From assembly GCA_964016885.1 (NCBI GenBank), contig OZ024742.1, positions 337,962,001 to 338,026,000 on the forward strand: a stretch of DNA of 64,000 nucleotides, read 5' to 3'. Of this stretch, positions 45,001 through 55,897 are shown in pieces (positions within the stretch are counted from its first letter, which is position 1; every line of letters begins with the position of its first letter). Below the pieces are notes generated by a model. That model did no database searches. It was not told the origin of the DNA and saw nothing but the letters and a program-made list of their open reading frames with translations. The translations under genes were made by a program, and so were the position numbers. The stretch comes from Eledone cirrhosa (taxonomy: Eukaryota).

Positions 45001-48000
45001 GGCAGCACACTCTTTTATTGGTTTCATTCATTAGACTGCGGCCATGCTGGGGCAGCACACTCTTTTACTGGTTTCATTCATTAGACTGTGGCCATGCTGG
45101 GGCAGCACACTCTTTTACTGGTTTCATTCATTAGACTGTGGCTATGCTGGGGTAGCACACTCTTTTACTGGTTTCACTCGTTAGACTGTGGCCATGCTGG
45201 GGCAGCACACTCTTTTACTGGTTTCAGCCATTAGACTGAGGCCATGCTGGGGCAGCACACTCTTTTACTGGTTTCAGCCATTAGACTGAGGCCATGCTGG
45301 GGTAGCACACTCTTTTACTGGTTTCATTCATTAGACTGCGGCCATGCTGGGGCAGCACACTCTTTTACTGGTTTCATTCATTAGACTGCGGCCATGCTGG
45401 GGCAGCACACTCTTTTATTGGTTTCATTCATTAGACTGCGGCCATGCTGGGGCAGCACACTCTTTTACTGGTTTCATTCATTAGACTGTGGCCATGCTGG
45501 GGCAGCACACTCTTTTACTGGTTTCATTCATTAGACTGTGGCTATGCTGGGGTAGCACACTCTTTTATTGGTTTCATTCATTAGACTGTGGCCATGCTGG
45601 GGCAGCACACTCTTTTACTGGTTTCATTCATTAGACTGTGGCCATGCTGGGGCAGCACACTCTTTTACTGGTTTCATTCATTAGACTGTGGCTATGCTGG
45701 GGTAGCACACTCTTTTACTGGTTTCATTCATTAGACTGCGGCCATGCTGGGGCAGCACACTCTTTTACTGGTTTCATTCATTAGACTGCGGCCATGCTGG
45801 GGTAGCACACTCTTTTACTGGTTTCATTCATTAGACTGCGGCCATGCTGGGGCAGCACACTCTTTTACTGGTTTCATTCATTAGACTGTGGCTATGCTGG
45901 GGTAGCACACTCTTTTATTGGTTTCATTCATTACACTGTGGCTATGCTGGGGCAGCACACTCTTTTATTGGTTTCAGCCATTAGACTGTGGCCATGCTGG
46001 GGCAGCACACTCTTTTACTGGTTTCATTCATTAGACTGCGGCCATGCTGGGGCAGCACACTCTTTTATTGGTTTCATTCATTAGACTGCGGCCATGCTGG
46101 GGCAGCACACTCTTTTACTGGTTTCACTCGTTAGACTGTGGCCATGCTGGGGCAGCACACTCTTTTACTGGTTTCATTCATTAGACTGCGGCCATGCTGG
46201 GGCAGCACACTCTTTTATTGGTTTCATTCATTAGACTGCGGCCATGCTGGGGCAGCACACTCTTTTACTGGTTTCATTCATTAGACTGTGGCTATGCTGG
46301 GGTAGCACACTCTTTTACTGGTTTCATTCATTAGACTGCGGCCATGCTGGGGCAGCACACTCTTTTACTGGTTTCATTCATTAGACTGCGGCCATGCTGG
46401 GGCAGCACACTCTTTTATTGGTTTCATTCATTAGACTGCGGCCATGCTGGGGCAGCACACTCTTTTACTGGTTTCATTCATTAGACTGTGGCCATGCTGG
46501 GGCAGCACACTCTTTTACTGGTTTCATTCATTAGACTGTGGCTATGCTGGGGTAGCACACTCTTTTATTGGTTTCATTCATTAGACTGCGGCCATGCTGG
46601 GGCAGCACACTCTTTTATTGGTTTCATTCATTAGACTGCGGCCATGCTGGGGCAGCACACTCTTTTACTGGTTTCAGCCATTAGACTGAGGCCATGCTGG
46701 GGCAGCACACTCTTTTACTGGTTTCATTCATTAGACTGCGGCCATGCTGGGGCAGCACACTCTTTTACTGGTTTCATTCATTAGACTGTGGCTATGCTGG
46801 GGTAGCACACTCTTTTATTGGTTTCAGCCATTAGACTGTGGCCATGCTGGGGCAGCACACTCTTTTACTGGTTTCATTCATTAGACTGCGGCCATGCTGG
46901 GGCAGCACACTCTTTTATTGGTTTCATTCATTAGACTGCGGCCATGCTGGGGCAGCACACTCTTTTACTGGTTTCACTCGTTAGACTGTGGCCATGCTGG
47001 GGCAGCACACTCTTTTACTGGTTTCAGCCATTAGACTGAGGCCATGCTGGGGCAGCACACTCTTTTACTGGTTTCATTCATTAGACTGCGGCCATGCTGG
47101 GGCAGCACACTCTTTTACTGGTTTCAGCCATTAGACTGAGGCCATGCTGGGGCAGCACACTCTTTTACTGGTTTCATTCATTAGACTGCGGCCATGCTGG
47201 GGCAGCACACTCTTTTACTGGTTTCAGCCATTAGACTGAGGCCATGCTGGGGCAGCACACTCTTTTACTGGTTTCATTCATTAGACTGCGGCCATGCTGG
47301 GGCAGCACACTCTTTTACTGGTTTCATTCATTAGACTGCGGCCATGCTGGGGCAGCACACTCTTTTACTGGTTTCATTCATTAGACTGCGGCCATGCTGG
47401 GGCAGCACACTCTTTTACTGGTTTCATTCATTAGACTGCGGCCATGCTGGGGCAGCACACTCTTTTACTGGTTTCATTCATTAGACTGAGGCCATGCTGG
47501 GGCAGCACACTCTTTTACTGGTTTCATTCATTAGACTGCGGCTATGCTGGGGTAGCACACTCTTTTACTGGTTTCATTCATTAGACTGCGGCCATGCTGG
47601 GGCAGCACACTCTTTTATTGGTTTCAGCCATTAGACTGCGGCCATGCTGGGGCAGCACACTCTTTTACTGGTTTCATTCATTAGACTGCGGCCATGCTGG
47701 GGCAGCACACTCTTTTACTGGTTTCATTCATTAGACTGCGGCCATGCTGGGGCAGCACACTCTTTTACTGGTTTCATTCATTAGACTGCGGCCATGCTGG
47801 GGCAGCACACTCTTTTACTGGTTTCATTCATTAGACTGCGGCCATGCTGGGGCAGCACACTCTTTTACTGGTTTCATTCATTAGACTGCGGCCATGCTGG
47901 GGCAGCACACTCTTTTACTGGTTTCATTCATTAGACTGCGGCCATGCTGGGGCAGCACACTCTTTTACTGGTTTCATTCATTAGACTGCGGCCATGCTGG

Positions 48001-51000
48001 GGCAGCACACTCTTTTATTGGTTTCATTCATTAGACTGCGGCCATGCTGGGGCAGCACACTCTTTTACTGGTTTCACTCGTTAGACTGTGGCCATGCTGG
48101 GGCAGCACACTCTTTTACTGGTTTCATTCATTAGACTGCGGCCATGCTGGGGCAGCACACTCTTTTATTGGTTTCATTCATTAGACTGCGGCCATGCTGG
48201 GGCAGCACACTCTTTTACTGGTTTCATTCATTAGACTGTGGCTATGCTGGGGTAGCACACTCTTTTACTGGTTTCATTCATTAGACTGCGGCCATGCTGG
48301 GGCAGCACACTCTTTTACTGGTTTCATTCATTAGACTGCGGCCATGCTGGGGCAGCACACTCTTTTATTGGTTTCATTCATTAGACTGCGGCCATGCTGG
48401 GGCAGCACACTCTTTTACTGGTTTCATTCATTAGACTGTGGCCATGCTGGGGCAGCACACTCTTTTACTGGTTTCATTCATTAGACTGTGGCTATGCTGG
48501 GGTAGCACACTCTTTTATTGGTTTCATTCATTAGACTGCGGCCATGCTGGGGCAGCACACTCTTTTATTGGTTTCATTCATTAGACTGCGGCCATGCTGG
48601 GGCAGCACACTCTTTTACTGGTTTCAGCCATTAGACTGAGGCCATGCTGGGGCAGCACACTCTTTTACTGGTTTCATTCATTAGACTGCGGCCATGCTGG
48701 GGCAGCACACTCTTTTACTGGTTTCATTCATTAGACTGTGGCTATGCTGGGGTAGCACACTCTTTTATTGGTTTCAGCCATTAGACTGTGGCCATGCTGG
48801 GGCAGCACACTCTTTTACTGGTTTCATTCATTAGACTGCGGCCATGCTGGGGCAGCACACTCTTTTATTGGTTTCATTCATTAGACTGCGGCCATGCTGG
48901 GGCAGCACACTCTTTTACTGGTTTCACTCGTTAGACTGTGGCCATGCTGGGGCAGCACACTCTTTTACTGGTTTCAGCCATTAGACTGAGGCCATGCTGG
49001 GGCAGCACACTCTTTTACTGGTTTCATTCATTAGACTGCGGCCATGCTGGGGCAGCACACTCTTTTACTGGTTTCAGCCATTAGACTGAGGCCATGCTGG
49101 GGCAGCACACTCTTTTACTGGTTTCATTCATTAGACTGCGGCCATGCTGGGGCAGCACACTCTTTTACTGGTTTCAGCCATTAGACTGAGGCCATGCTGG
49201 GGCAGCACACTCTTTTACTGGTTTCATTCATTAGACTGCGGCCATGCTGGGGCAGCACACTCTTTTACTGGTTTCATTCATTAGACTGCGGCCATGCTGG
49301 GGCAGCACACTCTTTTACTGGTTTCATTCATTAGACTGCGGCCATGCTGGGGCAGCACACTCTTTTACTGGTTTCATTCATTAGACTGCGGCCATGCTGG
49401 GGCAGCACACTCTTTTACTGGTTTCATTCATTAGACTGACGCCATGCTGGGGCAGCACACTCTTTTACTGGTTTCATTCATTAGACTGCGGCTATGCTGG
49501 GGTAGCACACTCTTTTACTGGTTTCATTCATTAGACTGCGGCCATGCTGGGGCAGCACACTCTTTTATTGGTTTCAGCCATTAGACTGCGGCCATGCTGG
49601 GGCAGCACACTCTTTTACTGGTTTCATTCATTAGACTGCGGCCATGCTGGGGCAGCACACTCTTTTACTGGTTTCATTCATTAGACTGCGGCCATGCTGG
49701 GGCAGCACACTCTTTTACTGGTTTCATTCATTAGACTGCGGCCATGCTGGGGCAGCACACTCTTTTACTGGTTTCATTCATTAGACTGCGGCCATGCTGG
49801 GGCAGCACACTCTTTTACTGGTTTCATTCATTAGACTGCGGCCATGCTGGGGCAGCACACTCTTTTACTGGTTTCATTCATTAGACTGCGGCCATGCTGG
49901 GGCAGCACACTCTTTTACTGGTTTCATTCATTAGACTGCGGCCATGCTGGGGCAGCACACTCTTTTACTGGTTTCATTCATTAGACTGCGGCCATGCTGG
50001 GGCAGCACACTCTTTTACTGGTTTCAGCCATTAGACTGAGGCCATGCTGGGGCAGCACACTCTTTTACTGGTTTCAGCCATTAGACTGAGGCCATGCTGG
50101 GGCAGCACACTCTTTTACTGGTTTCATTCATTAGACTGCGGCCATGCTGGGGCAGCACACTCTTTTACTGGTTTCATTCATTAGACTGCGGCCATGCTGG
50201 GGCAGCACACTCTTTTACTGGTTTCATTCATTAGACTGCGGCCATGCTGGGGCAGCACACTCTTTTACTGGTTTCATTCATTAGACTGCGGCCATGCTGG
50301 GGCAGCACACTCTTTTACTGGTTTCATTCATTAGACTGTGGCCATGCTGGGGCAGCACACTCTTTTACTGGTTTCAGCCATTAGACTGAGGCCATGCTGG
50401 GGCAGCACACTCTTTTACTGGTTTCATTCATTAGACTGCGGCCATGCTGGGGCAGCACACTCTTTTACTGGTTTCATTCATTAGACTGCGGCCATGCTGG
50501 GGCAGCACACTCTTTTACTGGTTTCATTCATTAGACTGCGGCCATGCTGGGGCAGCACACTCTTTTACTGGTTTCAGCCATTAGACTGCGGCCATGCTGG
50601 GGCAGCACACTCTTTTACTGGTTTCATTCATTAGACTGCGGCCATGCTGGGGCAGCACACTCTTTTACTGGTTTCATTCATTAGACTGCGGCCATGCTGG
50701 GGCAGCACACTCTTTTACTGGTTTCATTCATTAGACTGCGGCCATGCTGGGGCAGCACACTCTTTTACTGGTTTCATTCATTAGACTGCGGCCATGCTGG
50801 GGCAGCACACTCTTTTACTGGTTTCATTCATTAGACTGCGGCCATGCTGGGGCAGCACACTCTTTTACTGGTTTCAGCCATTAGACTGAGGCCATGCTGG
50901 GGCAGCACACTCTTTTACTGGTTTCAGCCATTAGACTGTGGCCATGCTGGGGCAGCACACTCTTTTACTGGTTTCAGCCATTAGACTGTGGCCATGCTGG

Positions 51001-53082
51001 GGCAGCACACTCTTTTACTGGTTTCAGCCATTAGACTGTGGCCATACTGGGGCAGCACGCTCTTTTACTGGTTTCAGCCATTAGACTGTAGCCATGCTGG
51101 GGCAGCACACTCTTTTACTGGTTTCAGTCATTAGACTGTAGCCATGCTGGGGCAGCACACTCTTTTACTGGTTTCAGTCATTAGACTGTGGCCATGCTGG
51201 GGCAGCACACTCTTTTACTGGTTTCAGCCATTAGACTGTGGCCATGCTGGGGCAGCACACTCTTTTACTGGTTTCAGCCATTAGACTGTGGCCATGCTGG
51301 GGCAGCACACTCTTTTACTGGTTTCAGCCATTAAATTGTGGCCATACTGGGGCAGCACGCTCTTTTACTGGTTTCAGCCATTAGACTAGCCATGCTGGGG
51401 CAGCACACTCTTTTACTGGTTTCAGTCATTAGACTGCGGCCATGCTGGGGCAGCACACTCTTTTACTGGTTTCATTCATTAGACTGTGGCCATGCTGGGG
51501 CAGCACACTCTTTTACTGGTTTCAGCCATTAGACTGTAGCCATGCTGGGGCAGCACACTCTTTTACTGGTTTCAGCCATTAGACTGTGGCCATGCTGGGG
51601 CAGCACACTCTTTTACTGGTTTCAGCCATTAGACTGCGGCCATGCTGGGGCAGCACACACTTTTACTGGTTTCATTCATTAGACTGTGGCCATGCTGGGG
51701 CAGCACACCCTTTTACTGGTTTCATTCATTAGACTGTGGCCATGCTGGGGCAGAACACTCTTTTACTGGTTTCAGTCACGAGACTGCGGCCATGCTGGGG
51801 CAGCACACTCTTTTACTGGTTTCACCCATTAGACTGTGGCCATGCTGGGGCAGCACACTCTTTTACTGGTTTCAGTCATTAGACTGTGGCCATGCTGGTG
51901 CAGCACACTCTTTTACTGGTTTAAGTCATTAGACTGTGGCCATGCTGGGGCAGCACACTCTTTTACTGGTTTCATTCATTAGACTGAGGCCATGCTGAGG
52001 CAGCACACTCTTTTACTGGTTTCATTTATTAGACTGTGGCCATGCTGGGGCAGCACACTCTTTTACTGGTTTCAGCCATTAGACTGTGGCCATGCTGGGG
52101 CAGCACACTCTTTTACTGGTTTCAGTCACGAGACTGCGGCCATGCTGGGGCAGCACACTTTTTTACTGGTTTCAGTCACGAGACTGCGGCCATGCTGGGG
52201 CAGCACACTCTTTTACTGGTTTCAGTCATTAGACTGCGGCCTTGCTGGGGCAGCACACTCTTTTACTGGTTTCAGTTACTAGACTGCGGCCATGCTGGGG
52301 CAGCACACTCTTTTACTGGTTTCATTCATTAGACTGAGGCCATGCTGGGGCAGCACACTCTTTTATTGGTTTCAGTCACGAGACTGATGCCATGCTGGGG
52401 CAGCACACTCTTTTACTGGTTTCAGTCACTAGACTGAGGTTATGCTGGGGCAGCACACTCTTTTATTGGTTTCATTCATTAGACTGAGGCCATACTGGGG
52501 CATCACACTCTTTTACTGGTTTCATTCATTAGACTGAGGCCATGCTGGGGCATCAAACTCTTCTACTGGTTTCATTCATTAGACTGAGGCCATGCTGGGG
52601 CAGCACACTCTTTTACTGGTTTCAGTCACTAGACTGAGGTTATGCTGGGGCAGCACACTCTTTTATTGGTTTCATTCATTAGACTGAGGCCATGCTGGGG
52701 CATCACACTCTTTTACTGGTTTCATTCATTAGACTGAGGCCATGCTGGGGCATCACACTCTTCTACTGGTTTCATTCATTAGACTGAGGCCATGCTGGGG
52801 CAGCACGCTCTTTTACTGGTTTCATTCATTAGACTGTGGCCATGCTGGGGCAACACACTCTTTTACTGGTTTCATTCATTAGACTGTGGCCATGCTGGGG
52901 CAACACACTCTTTTACTGATTTCATTCATTAGACTGTGGCCATGCTGGGGCAGCACACTCTCTTACTGGTTTCAGCCATGCTGGGGCAGCACACTCTTTT
53001 ACTGGTTTCAGTCACTAGACTGCGGCCATGCTGGGGCAGCACAGTCTTTTATTAATATCAGCCATTAGACTGCGGTCATGCT
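1..53082. repeat. 50-bp tandem repeat (minisatellite/satellite) array, about 1060 monomers, truncated by the left window edge
   Basis: Continuous head-to-tail copies of GCCATGCTGGGGCAGCACACTCTTTTACTGGTTTCA(TT|GC|GT)CATTAGACTG(C|T|A)G. Rare 54-bp (+ATTC), 48-bp and 36-bp monomers occur. The last, degenerate unit ends ...TGCGGTCATGCT at 53082. Confidence 0.99.
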
Positions 53083-53126
53083 AAGAAACCTTGATCATTA
53101 TATAATATTTTTTATATATTTTTCAG

Positions 53127-53292
53127 GATCCTCTGAGCAATGTGGTTAAAGTGTCTGAGTTTTTAGGGCTTCCTAAAAATGACCAACTTATTGAAGATAT
53201 CGTTGAAAGATGTAGTTTTTCTAAAATGAAGGCAGGCAAAAAACCTATGCCTGACATTTTTCGATCTCCTACTGAATCTCTTCTTCGCAAAG
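53127..53292 (+). CDS. Cytosolic (SULT1-like) sulfotransferase, penultimate coding exon
   Basis: T-rich tract plus TTTCAG acceptor (53121-53126) and GTAGGG donor at 53293. Translates DPLSNVVKVSEFLGLPKNDQLIEDIVERCSFSKMKAGKKPMPDIFRSPTESLLRK-G, matching the SULT pattern 'DP...V.KI.EFLG.......I...CSF..MK......RKG'. The phase-0 start and the phase-1 intron within the G of RKG match conserved SULT gene structure. Confidence 0.93.
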
Positions 53293-53569
53293 GTAGGGTT
53301 TTTTTGTATATATTTATTATTTATTCCTTCTCTTTCAACATTTCTAGAGTTTTATGTTTCATTTCTATAACTGCTCTTCACCCCCCGTACTCTAATCTGC
53401 CACCCTTAACACTTACTCATCCTTTAGTCCCCTCACCCACCATATTGACCATATCCCTCACACCAACCACTGCATCACCATACACAAATCAGCCACCCCT
53501 ACCCTTTATTCATTGCCTTGTCAAATCACCACATCTATAACTTCATACATATATCCCTCCTCCCCTCCC

Positions 53570-53950
53570 CAGAGCCACGAGAGCACAACGATTGGGTCAA
53601 TGACCAACAACCTGTCAGGGTGGTTGGCGACAGGAAGGGTATTCCGCTGTAGAAACCATACCTAAAAGGGTTGAGAGGACCCAAAAATTGCCAGTACAGG
53701 CTGTAAAGTCTTAGGAAGGGCATCCAACCATAGAAAGCTTGTCAAATAAGGGGTTAGGAAGACCTTTCAGTTTGTATTTTTGATATAACCATATGTAGTA
53801 ACCAGTTTGTACACTTGATATAACTATATGTAGGCAAGATGCAGACTCCTTGGCCTGTCTGGGAGGTCAGTAACCCTGCTTCAGTACTGACTTAATATAT
53901 GTAGACCCATCCAACCCTTGTTAGCAGGGAAAGTGAACATTAAATGATAT
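53570..53950 (+). mobile_element. Decayed SINE/RTE-related retroposon 3' part
   Basis: GGTTGGCGACAGGAAGGGTATTCCGCTGTAGAAAC with a second AGGAAGGGCATCCAACCATAGAAA copy. It ends in ACCCATCCAACCCTTGTTAGCAGGGAAAGTGAACATTAAATGAT, a tail motif that recurs several times in this window. Confidence 0.55.
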
Positions 53951-54004
53951 ATATATTTATATACCATATGAGGGAGTTGAGTATCTCTCTCTTGGATCAT
54001 GAGA

Positions 54005-54062
54005 CAACCCGACTAACCCATGCCAGCATGGAGAACAGATATAAAAATGATGATAATGATTA
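54005..54062 (+). mobile_element. RTE-type retroposon 3' tail fragment
   Basis: CCCGACTAACCCATGCCAGCATGGAGAACAGATATAAAAATGATGATAATGAT. Similar to copies at about 53905, 56840 and 58315 (+) and at 59698 and 61220 (-). Ends in a (GAT)n microsatellite tail. Confidence 0.6.
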
Positions 54063-54304
54063 TGTGTGTGTCTGTGTTAAGTTCTGCATTATTTAACATC
54101 CACTGTTGTTTGTTTATGTCTTGAAAATTACCCTTACAAGAAATAAAAATCAATAAAATAAATACCAGACTTGAAAAATAAAAACTGGGATCAATATGAT
54201 TGACTAATTCTTGACTAAAAGCAGTAAACATGTAACCGTTTAGCATCAACTGCATTGTAGTATAGTATATTGCTCTGATTGTTTTTATATTGTACAAGGT
54301 ATTA

Positions 54305-54586
54305 CACTTATTTTTTTCAAGTCTTGTACTTGTTTTATCAATCTTTTTTTGTTGAACTGCTAAGTTATGTGATATAAACAAACTAAACATAAAAACAAAC
54401 TGGCACACATGCACATATATATGATGAGCTTCTGCAGTTTCTGTCTACCAAATTTCACTCACAGGGTTTTGGTCAACCGAAGGCTGTAACAAATGACACT
54501 TGCCTAAAGTGTTATGCAGGAGAAGCAAACTAAAAACTACATGGTTGTGAAATGAACTCTGTAACCACACAGCCATGCCTGCACCT
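54305..54586 (-). mobile_element. tRNA-derived SINE (octopus-type), 3' tail missing
   Basis: Minus-strand head AGGTGCAGGCATGGCTGTGTGGTTA (box A-like). Body motifs on the plus strand are GACACTTGCCTAAAGTG, CAGTTTCTGTCTACCAAATTTCACTCACA and TTTTGTTGAACTGCTAAGTTA, which I recognise from memory as an abundant octopus SINE. Confidence 0.65.
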
Positions 54587-54672
54587 GTATACATCAAAAT
54601 TGCTAAAATATAATTGTTTTACAATCAAAGTATGATCTCAGATTATATCTCAGGTGTTTTTGTATTTTACAG

Positions 54673-54782
54673 GTATTGTTGGAGACTGGAAGAATTGGTT
54701 CACAGTTGCTCAAAATGAAAGATTCCAAGAGGAATGTGACAAGTTTGATAAGCAATCTACATTATTTAGTACTAAGTACTAA
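54673..54782 (+). CDS. Cytosolic sulfotransferase, last coding exon
   Basis: TTTTACAG acceptor (AG at 54671-54672). Splices in frame to give [38 protein letters not shown], which contains the PAPS-binding RKGxxGDWKNxFT motif and the KxxxTVxxxE dimerisation motif. TAA at 54780-54782. Confidence 0.95.
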
Positions 54783-54973
54783 ATTTTATTTTAAAATTGT
54801 TCTAACTTCCTCGTGGATATCTTTATACTACATATGATACTGTTTAAACCTTTTCATACAAAATTATCTAAATCTGTGTTTGGTTTTATGATACAAAATT
54901 GTTTGTTTTAAAGTGTTTACATTCCACAATATTTTTATAATTAGATAAGTTATATACCAAACACTAACTTGAT

Positions 54974-54979
54974 AATAAA
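54974..54979 (+). promoter_or_regulatory. Candidate polyadenylation signal of the sulfotransferase mRNA
   Basis: AATAAA about 190 bp after the stop codon in an AT-rich 3' UTR. Confidence 0.45.
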
Positions 54980-55664
54980 AAATTTTGTTAAAAAAAAACA
55001 TAGATTTTTATAGATATTTGATAATGTCACTTTAATGTTATAACATCTCATCTTCCTCATGAGTATCTATATGATAATATGAGATATATTTTTTATTGAT
55101 ATCTGATATTTTAACATCCTTGACCACATAAAACTACATTAACAAGAAACATTGTTGAAAAGTACAAAACAGCAATATGACTGCATCACATTGGAAATTA
55201 AATCTTTTACTCTTATACTAAAAGTTTTCACAACAATCTGTCCAGTAGGAAAGATACTATAGACATTTGAATTAACAAACCTGTTTTTAAACATTTTCTG
55301 ATAAATCATTACAAGATGTTAAGAGTTAATATTAACCATATGGAATTGTTTGTCTCATTATTATTATTATTATACTGTGGAAGATCCATTCTGTACCTTT
55401 TTTCTCTCTTGTGGGTGTTGGAATTTTTTCTCACACTTTTGTGAACTAGTAACCGACATAATTCCACCGCAACAATTTACTTGTTGATCAAGTGTGACTC
55501 TTCCAAAGGTTTTTTTTTACTACTACTACCACCACCACTGCCATCTGTTTCCAAGTAACTCTAGTTCTGACAATGAGGTTGCTGACAACTAAGTTATGTT
55601 GGGAGGTACATTCCTCACTAGAGAAGGCTTGTGTGTTTACAACCATCCAATCACCACAGTGCAT

Positions 55665-55890
55665 GTGTATCGCTTAGTGGTTAGAGTGTTTGGCACATGA
55701 CTGTAAGGTCATGACTTCAATTTCCAGTGGCAAGGCACTTTATTTCACGTTGCTTCAATCCACTCAACTGGAAAAAAGTTAGTTATACCTGTGATTGAAT
55801 AGGTCAACCATGTCACACACCATCATGCTGAATCTCACACTGAGAATTACATTAAGGGCACATGTGTCTGTGAAATGTTCAGCTACTTAC
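55665..55890 (+). mobile_element. Decayed tRNA-derived SINE
   Basis: GCTTAGTGGTTAGAGTGTTTGGC (box A-like) followed by GACTTCAATTTCC (box B-like), then the body motif GCAAGGCACTTTATTTCACGTTGCTTCAATCCACTCA. Confidence 0.55.
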
Positions 55891-55897
55891 CCACCGA

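Larger units (their letters stand above)
53293..54672 (+). other. Last intron of the sulfotransferase gene (1380 bp, GT-AG, phase 1)
   Basis: GT at 53293 and AG at 54671-54672. Joining the flanking exons restores the [10 protein letters not shown] motif. Confidence 0.92.

Noticed and set aside
390-53068. Dozens of plus-strand ORFs (MLGQHTLLLVSFIRL... / CGHAGAAHSFTGF...)
   Set aside because: They are translations of the 50-bp unit cycling through three frames. They appear only where a variant (TAC, TCG, CGAG or +ATTC) removes or shifts the TAG, they overlap in all frames, and they show no protein-family signal.
1-53082. CRISPR-like array or an information-encoding variant code
   Set aside because: There are no unique spacers and no cas genes, and the context is eukaryotic. 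Variant order is explained by nested block duplications.
1-53082. Hammerhead-ribozyme satellite (retrozyme-like)
   Set aside because: The minus strand has CTAATGA...GAAAC, loosely like the CUGAUGA/GAAA core, but the conserved CUGA is absent, the spacing leaves no stem II, and I could not build the three helices. An Infernal/Rfam search would settle it.
53293-53540. C-terminal part of ORF 53142-53540 (hydrophobic then Pro/Thr-rich)
   Set aside because: It is read-through into the intron past the GT donor at 53293. The SULT sequence continues at 54673.
55665-55735. tRNA gene
   Set aside because: Box A/B-like motifs are present, but there is no complete cloverleaf and the sequence runs into a SINE body.
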